The notes under the pieces were generated by a model. That model saw only the letters and a list, made by a program, of their open reading frames with translations. It ran no database searches and had not been told where the DNA came from. 64,000 nucleotides of DNA from an uncultured Hyphomicrobiales bacterium (GTDB taxonomy: Bacteria > Pseudomonadota > Alphaproteobacteria > Rhizobiales > TMED25): assembly GCA_905181735.1 (NCBI GenBank), contig CAJIYR010000008.1, positions 12,002 to 76,001 of the forward strand, read 5' to 3'. This document shows positions 58,104 to 64,000 of the stretch, piece after piece. The position numbers were made by a program, and so were the translations under genes. The first letter of the stretch is position 1. Each line of letters opens with the position of its first letter.

Positions 58104-59551
58104 TTGAGATAAGCTTATTATTTTTACCAATAGTGATCCCTTTTATAGCGTCCATCATAATAAAAGCGCTAGGGGGAAATAAAAAATTACGTGAGCTTAC
58201 TATTATAGTTGCTCCGCTTATAACATTACTATCGGTTATAAAATTATACTCCCTTGATTATAACATTAAACTAGTGCTCTTTGAAATAATGCCTAACCTA
58301 GAGATTGCATTCTCAATAGAGCCCTTAGGACTTTTATTTGCAACAATAATATCTGTTTTATGGATAATAGCCTCCCTCTATTCAATTGGTTATATGAATG
58401 CACACAAAGAACCGAGACAAGATAATTTCTTCTTCTTTTTTACTATTGCTATAACCATTGCGATAGCTTCATCACTAGCTGACAATCTATTTACATTATT
58501 TATATTCTATGAACTGCTAACAATATCAACGTACCCTCTGGTAACCCATAAAGCTGATGCAGAATCCAAGAAATCTGGAAGAATTTATTTAACAATTCTT
58601 CTGGGAAGCTCTCTTTTATTTTTTTTACCGGCACTGATCTACACATACTACCTAACAAATGATTTAACTTTCACATCTGGTGGAATATTTACAGATGCTT
58701 ATGCAAATGGAGATATTGGTAATCTTGGAATTGGACTGTTGTTAGCCTTATTCATTTTTGGTGTGGCTAAAGCTGCCATTATGCCACTGCATTCTTGGTT
58801 ACCTGCAGCAATGGTTGCTCCAACACCTGTTTCAGCTCTGTTACATGCTGTAGCGGTTGTAAAGGTTGGAGTGTTTACGATAATAAAAATTATTATATAT
58901 ATATTTGGTACAGATCTTCTATTCAAAACAGGTGGTTCAGAATGGCTCATATATTTATCAGGATTTACAATAATAACAGCCTCAATCATTGCGTTAAAAC
59001 AAGATAACTTGAAGCGACTACTAGCCTATTCTACGATTAGTCAATTGTCTTATATTGTAATTGGAGTTGCAATGATTAACCCCAATGCAATTGTTGGATC
59101 CATACTTCATTTAACGGCGCATGCAACAAGTAAAATCACTCTTTTCTTTGCAGCTGGCATAATATACACATCAACTGGGTTTACGCGTATCAGCCAAATG
59201 TATGGTATTGGACATAAAATGAAATTAACAATGATTTGTTTTACTGTAGGTGCCCTGTCTATGATTGGAATCCCTATGTTTGGCGGCTTTGTAAGTAAAT
59301 GGTATATTGTTAGTGGTGCACTTAGTGTTTCTAATTGGTTTGTAATAAGTGTTATTATAATTTCTACATTATTAAATACCGCGTACTTTATACCAATAAT
59401 ATATAAATCCTTCTCCCAAAGCTCGTCTTCTGTCAGTTACAAAAAAGTTCCTAATAGTATGTTATTAGCAACGATTGCTTCTGCATGCTTAACCATAATT
59501 ATATTTCTATTCCCAGAATTTTTTATTGAGGTTGCAAAAAATGTTATCTAA
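58100..59551 (+). CDS. second MrpD-like antiporter subunit
   Basis: 483 aa with motifs MPLHSWLPAAMVAPTPVSALLHA and AYSTISQLSY. It overlaps the preceding gene by 4 nt. Confidence 0.85.
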   Translation: MIEISLLFLPIVIPFIASIIIKALGGNKKLRELTIIVAPLITLLSVIKLYSLDYNIKLVLFEIMPNLEIAFSIEPLGLLFATIISVLWIIASLYSIGYMNAHKEPRQDNFFFFFTIAITIAIASSLADNLFTLFIFYELLTISTYPLVTHKADAESKKSGRIYLTILLGSSLLFFLPALIYTYYLTNDLTFTSGGIFTDAYANGDIGNLGIGLLLALFIFGVAKAAIMPLHSWLPAAMVAPTPVSALLHAVAVVKVGVFTIIKIIIYIFGTDLLFKTGGSEWLIYLSGFTIITASIIALKQDNLKRLLAYSTISQLSYIVIGVAMINPNAIVGSILHLTAHATSKITLFFAAGIIYTSTGFTRISQMYGIGHKMKLTMICFTVGALSMIGIPMFGGFVSKWYIVSGALSVSNWFVISVIIISTLLNTAYFIPIIYKSFSQSSSSVSYKKVPNSMLLATIASACLTIIIFLFPEFFIEVAKNVI

Positions 59552-59765
59552 AATATCAAAAAAAACTATATGGATAGTATTCATATCCCTCCTAATAATA
59601 ACAGTGTCTGGTGATTTTTTTATTCACAGGCATTCAAATTTTACTATTGACGGTTACTTTGGTTTTCCAGCATTATTTGGATTTCTTTGTTGTGTCTTTC
59701 TAATCATCTTTTCAAAAATAATAGGTTTATTTTTAAAAAGACCGGACAACTATTATGATGAATAA
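59541..59765 (+). CDS. small two-TM membrane protein embedded in the Mrp cluster
   Basis: 74 aa from ATG 59541 (or 79 aa from TTG 59526) with two hydrophobic helices. It overlaps both flanking antiporter genes by 11 nt each. I recognised no family. Confidence 0.45.
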   Translation: MLSKISKKTIWIVFISLLIITVSGDFFIHRHSNFTIDGYFGFPALFGFLCCVFLIIFSKIIGLFLKRPDNYYDE

Positions 59766-61440
59766 TATGATAATGCATCCTGGTATTTTATTGATATTGT
59801 GTGGGGTTATTATTCCACTCTTAGGCGATAACTTAAAAAAATTTATTACCTTTATTGTGCCGGCTATATGTTTCATAATAATATTACAGCTACCTCATGG
59901 CATGCACTTAAATTATGAATATATGTCTTACAATCTTATATTTCTTAGAGTTGATGAGCTCAGTAAAATCTTTGCGTTAGTATTCATAATAATGATAATT
60001 TTTTCTTCTATTTTTAGCTTAAATCAAAAAAATAAAATAGAAATATCAACAGCTTTTATATATGGAGGGTCGGCTATAAGCGCCGTCTTATCAGGAGATT
60101 TTATTAGCCTTTTTATCTTTTGGGAAATAATGGCAATATCATCCACTCTTATTATTTGGATGGGTAGCAAGAATGCCTATAAATCTGGATTACGATATTT
60201 AACTGTTCATCTGTTTGGAGGCGTTATACTGCTAATAGGTATCATTGGCTATATGTCCTTAAAAGAAAGCGCAGACTTTACGCTAATAGATAAAACAAAT
60301 ATATATGCTTATTTTATACTTATTGGCGTTCTTATAAATGCAGGCGCTCCACCTTTTTCTGGTTGGATTTCAGATTCATACCCATCAGCTTCTTGGTCTG
60401 GCACTGTATTTTTATCAGCCTTCACAACAAAAACGGCTGTTTATTTTTTAATAAGAGGATATCCAGGTACAGAGTTACTCATATATATTGGCATATTTAT
60501 GATATTTTATGGAATTGTTTATGCCATTTTAGAAAATGACATGAGAAGAATATTATCTTATTCAATCATAAACCAAGTGGGATTCATGATTACTGGAATA
60601 GGCATAGGTACTGAGATCGCTTTAAATGGAGCAGCTTCTCATGCTTTCGCTCATATTATTTACAAAGCACTTCTTCTTATGTCCGCTGGGTCAGTTTTTT
60701 ACATAACAGGAAAAACAAAATGTACCGACCTTGGTGGTCTTTATAAAACCATGCCAATAACAATGGTATGCGGAATAATTGGTGCATTATCTATTTCTGC
60801 ATTTCCATTCACATCAGGGTTTATAACAAAATCTATGATTAGCCAATCAGCGGTTTATGAAAACTATACAATCATATGGTTCTTGTTGTTAGCTGCATCT
60901 GCAGGTGTATTTCTTCATGCAGGAATCAAATTTCCATGGTTTGTATTTTTTCAAAAAGATGCAAAGTTAAAGGCAAAAGACCCGCCGAAAAATATGCAAT
61001 TTGCTATGATTTCATTATCTATAATTTGTATATTAATTGGTATATTCCCAAATGTTCTATATCAAATGCTTCCCTATGATGTAAATTATATCCCCTATAC
61101 ATTTGATCATGTATTTTTTCAGTTACAATTACTTCTGTTTTCTGGTCTAGCGTTCTTTTTAATGCTAAAGTACCTTAAAAGAACTTTAACGTTGACCTTG
61201 GAATTTGACTGGTTTTGGAGAAAATTTAGCAAAATTCTAATAAAAGATTTTGATATTCATGCGGAAAAAACTGCTACTAATGTCATTAATAAATATATTA
61301 AAATTTTTGATAAAGCTATCAAAACATTATACAAACATCATGGGCCTTCAGGAATTCTTGGGCGCACCTGGCCAACTGGGAATATGGCTTTTTGGACAAC
61401 GGTTATTCTTGCATCCTATCTTATAATATATTTACTTTGA
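59755..61440 (+). CDS. MrpA-like (NuoL-type) antiporter subunit without fused MrpB-like domain
   Basis: 561 aa with a Proton_antipo_M core (SYSIINQVGF, HAFAHIIYKALL). The C-terminus has a roughly 60-aa amphipathic/hydrophilic segment followed by a final hydrophobic helix, reminiscent of the NuoL lateral helix. Confidence 0.7.
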   Translation: MMNNMIMHPGILLILCGVIIPLLGDNLKKFITFIVPAICFIIILQLPHGMHLNYEYMSYNLIFLRVDELSKIFALVFIIMIIFSSIFSLNQKNKIEISTAFIYGGSAISAVLSGDFISLFIFWEIMAISSTLIIWMGSKNAYKSGLRYLTVHLFGGVILLIGIIGYMSLKESADFTLIDKTNIYAYFILIGVLINAGAPPFSGWISDSYPSASWSGTVFLSAFTTKTAVYFLIRGYPGTELLIYIGIFMIFYGIVYAILENDMRRILSYSIINQVGFMITGIGIGTEIALNGAASHAFAHIIYKALLLMSAGSVFYITGKTKCTDLGGLYKTMPITMVCGIIGALSISAFPFTSGFITKSMISQSAVYENYTIIWFLLLAASAGVFLHAGIKFPWFVFFQKDAKLKAKDPPKNMQFAMISLSIICILIGIFPNVLYQMLPYDVNYIPYTFDHVFFQLQLLLFSGLAFFLMLKYLKRTLTLTLEFDWFWRKFSKILIKDFDIHAEKTATNVINKYIKIFDKAIKTLYKHHGPSGILGRTWPTGNMAFWTTVILASYLIIYLL

Positions 61441-61466
61441 ACATTAAAAAATATGAGCACATAATT

Positions 61467-61871
61467 ATGACAGATATAAAAAATAAATTTGAAAAAAAAG
61501 ATTGGCAGAATCTACTCACAAAAGAACAATATCGTATAACAAGAGAATCTGGAACAGAGCGTCCCTTTACAGGACCTTATTTAAATGAAAAAAGTGAGGG
61601 TGTTTATAGTTGCATCTGCTGTGACTTAGAATTATTTAGTTCAGAACATAAATTTGATTCAGGTACTGGATGGCCCAGTTTTTTTAACCCTCACAACTCT
61701 AGTTGTTTAAACTTGAAAAATGATAACTCTCTTAACTCTCATAGAGTTGAAGTTCGATGTTCAAATTGTGACTCTCATTTAGGACATGTATTTGAGGATG
61801 GCCCAGCACCTACTGGCCTACGTTATTGTATTAACGGAAATTCACTAAAACTTGTGAAAGAAACTAAATAG
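61467..61871 (+). CDS. msrB: peptide-methionine (R)-S-oxide reductase
   Basis: It has CxxC pairs (CICCD, CSNCDSHLGHVF) and the GTGWPSF motif. The start is taken at ATG 61467 (MTDIKNK), not at ORF start 61392, which overlaps the Mrp gene. Confidence 0.9.
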   Translation: MTDIKNKFEKKDWQNLLTKEQYRITRESGTERPFTGPYLNEKSEGVYSCICCDLELFSSEHKFDSGTGWPSFFNPHNSSCLNLKNDNSLNSHRVEVRCSNCDSHLGHVFEDGPAPTGLRYCINGNSLKLVKETK

Positions 61872-61872
61872 T

Positions 61873-63981
61873 ATGAAAGAACATTTTACGAATATCGATA
61901 CTATATCACCCCCAAACCCGAGAGAAAATAAGAAAATCACTCAGTTTCATGGTTACGATAAAGTAGATAATTACGCATGGATGAGGGCTGATAATTGGCA
62001 GGAGGTTATGAAAGACCCAAAAAAACTTCCCAAAGATATCAAGCTACATTTAGACCAAGAAAATAATTACACTAAAGAAATGATGGCTGATACCGAAGGT
62101 TTGCAATATAATCTATATGAAGAAATTAGATCACGTATGCAAGAGAAAGAAACAACCGTACCTCAAAAAAATGGCATTTATTCTTATTATTATAGTTACA
62201 AGAAAAATAATGAATACCCAATATATAATCGCAAAAATAACAAAACAAAGAAGAAGAAGATACTTCTAGACTACAACAAAATTTCAAAAGATCAAGCATA
62301 CTTCAATATTGGCTCTACAACACATAGCGAAGACCACAGATATATCACATATGGCGTAGATACCAAAGGATCAGAATACTTTGATATCTACTCGTATGAC
62401 ACAATAAACAATCAAATATTAACTGAGAAAATTGAGAATAGTACTGGCACGGCGTTATGGGCCAAAGATAATTTATCTTTCCTCTATGTTAAGCTTGATC
62501 AGAATCATAGACCTGATTCAGTCTTCTACCATCTGTTAGGAACACCGCAAAAAGAAGATCTAATGTTATATAAAGAAAAAGATTCTGGGTTTTTTCTAAG
62601 TATAGACAAAACACAGTCATCAAAATATTTTATTATATCTTCTCATACGCATGAAAAATCAGAGATTCGACTGATTAATGCAGATGATCCTTTAAAAGAA
62701 CCTATTTTACTGTACCCAAGAGAAAAAAACTGCTTGTATAGCGTTGAAGAAAATAATAATGAGCTGTACGTCTTAACAAACCATAATAATTGTATTGATT
62801 TTTCAATTATAAAAACTCAAATTCTACCAAATGATAAAAAAGATTTTGAAGTTATTGTTCCACATAAAAATGGTAGATTAATAAAAAATCTATGCGTATT
62901 TAAAAATTATATAGCATGGCTTGAAGTAGAAAATAGCCTACCTAAAATCATTATCAAAGACCTTATATCTAATAAAAATCATGCTATTGCATTTAAAGAA
63001 GAAGCCTATTCACTAGGAATATTACAAGGTTTTGAATACGAAACTAATACACTAAGATTTGTTTATTCTTCAATGACAACCCCAATGCGAATTTATGACT
63101 TTGATATGAAGATAAATAAGAGAACCCTTATCAAATCACAAAAAATTCCATCAGGACACAATAAATCAGATTATATTACAAAAAGAATTCATGCAAAATC
63201 TGCTGATGGGGAAAGAATACCAATTTCACTTATTTACCATAAAAACAATAAAATAAATGGTAAATCTCCTTGTTTATTATATGGATATGGTGCTTACGGC
63301 ATATCAATTCCAGCATCGTTTTCAAGCAGTAGATTAAGTTTAGTAGATCGTAATTTTGTATATGCTGTTGCTCATATAAGAGGAGGCAAAGATTGTGGAA
63401 GTGCGTGGTATAATGATGGAAAGAAAGAAAATAAAATAAACACTTTTAATGATTTTATCTGTGTTGCGGAATATTTGTGCAATGAGAACTACGCATCAAA
63501 GGGGAATATAATTGCTCATGGTGGATCTGCAGGAGGAATGCTTATGGGAGCGGTTGCAAATATGGCCCCTAGCCTATTTTCAGGAATAATTGCAGAAGTT
63601 CCCTTTGTTGACGTTCTAGAAACAATGTTAGATAGCGAATTACCGCTAACGCCCCCTGAATGGCCAGAATGGGGTAACCCGATTATTAATATTGACGACT
63701 ATAAAATTATATCGTCATATTCTCCTTATGATAATATAAAAAAGCAACCATATCCTCACATATTGGCTACAGCAGGATTAACTGACCCTCGTGTAACATA
63801 TTGGGAACCAGCTAAATGGGTGGCTAAAATTAGGTCTGAGAAAACAAATAAATCTGCTATTATGTTAAATGTTAATATGGATTCTGGTCACGGAGGATCT
63901 TCTGGAAGATTTGACAGAATAAAAGAAATAGCATTAATTTATGCTTTTGCAATAAAAGCGGCAAACGCAAAAACAAAATAA
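61873..63981 (+). CDS. ptrB: S9A prolyl-oligopeptidase-family serine peptidase (oligopeptidase B-like)
   Basis: 702 aa, with an N-terminal beta-propeller-sized region and a C-terminal catalytic domain bearing GGSAGGML (nucleophile Ser), and Asp/His regions (DPRV, SGHGG). Confidence 0.8.
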   Translation: MKEHFTNIDTISPPNPRENKKITQFHGYDKVDNYAWMRADNWQEVMKDPKKLPKDIKLHLDQENNYTKEMMADTEGLQYNLYEEIRSRMQEKETTVPQKNGIYSYYYSYKKNNEYPIYNRKNNKTKKKKILLDYNKISKDQAYFNIGSTTHSEDHRYITYGVDTKGSEYFDIYSYDTINNQILTEKIENSTGTALWAKDNLSFLYVKLDQNHRPDSVFYHLLGTPQKEDLMLYKEKDSGFFLSIDKTQSSKYFIISSHTHEKSEIRLINADDPLKEPILLYPREKNCLYSVEENNNELYVLTNHNNCIDFSIIKTQILPNDKKDFEVIVPHKNGRLIKNLCVFKNYIAWLEVENSLPKIIIKDLISNKNHAIAFKEEAYSLGILQGFEYETNTLRFVYSSMTTPMRIYDFDMKINKRTLIKSQKIPSGHNKSDYITKRIHAKSADGERIPISLIYHKNNKINGKSPCLLYGYGAYGISIPASFSSSRLSLVDRNFVYAVAHIRGGKDCGSAWYNDGKKENKINTFNDFICVAEYLCNENYASKGNIIAHGGSAGGMLMGAVANMAPSLFSGIIAEVPFVDVLETMLDSELPLTPPEWPEWGNPIINIDDYKIISSYSPYDNIKKQPYPHILATAGLTDPRVTYWEPAKWVAKIRSEKTNKSAIMLNVNMDSGHGGSSGRFDRIKEIALIYAFAIKAANAKTK

Positions 63982-64000
63982 TTGGTTCTAGAGATACAAA

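Overview
The window is visibly AT-rich and very tightly packed, with many 1-11 nt gene overlaps and interlocked stop codons. It looks like core chromosome of a streamlined alphaproteobacterium. That assignment is an inference from DUF1491 and DUF1330 proteins, a ccmEFH set, alpha-type GltX and NadE, and the style of the histidine kinase. Main blocks, left to right:
(1) A dehydrogenase-dense cluster with no assignable substrate at 1-7608. It holds an enol-lactonase-like hydrolase, an Ldh2-family dehydrogenase, DUF1330, a cupin, two beta-hydroxyacid dehydrogenases, a signal-peptide-less DctP homolog and two Gfo/Idh/MocA enzymes.
(2) A korAB-type 2-oxoacid:acceptor oxidoreductase, preceded by and translationally coupled to a GltD-like flavoprotein fused to a ferredoxin domain (7945-12641).
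(3) A multiply disrupted secreted-protein pseudogene abutting tRNA-Gln(CUG) (12722-13886).
(4) An RND efflux pair, a LysM protein and a LOG-family protein.
(5) A long run of housekeeping genes, mostly on the minus strand: cimA, cysS, a TetR regulator, gltX, nadE, class II DAHP synthase, gor, rpiA, plus-strand gph, and an M20 peptidase.
(6) A late-stage/salvage cobalamin locus: cobU-cobW-cobN-cobO-cobQ, cobD-cobC-cobT and cobS.
(7) PMM/PGM, dusA, a hemerythrin-like protein and an orphan PAS histidine kinase.
(8) ccmEFH, ycgN, DUF1491 and sufE.
(9) A 10-gene Mrp/Mbh-ordered multisubunit cation:proton antiporter cluster, then msrB and oligopeptidase B.
I found no CRISPR array, mobile element, rRNA or recognizable defense system. 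The most unusual items are the flavoprotein-ferredoxin/korAB trio, the leaderless DctP homolog inside the dehydrogenase cluster, the decayed gene next to the tRNA, and the Mrp cluster architecture. None can be called novel without database searches, which I cannot run. All family assignments come from remembered motifs, not from searches.
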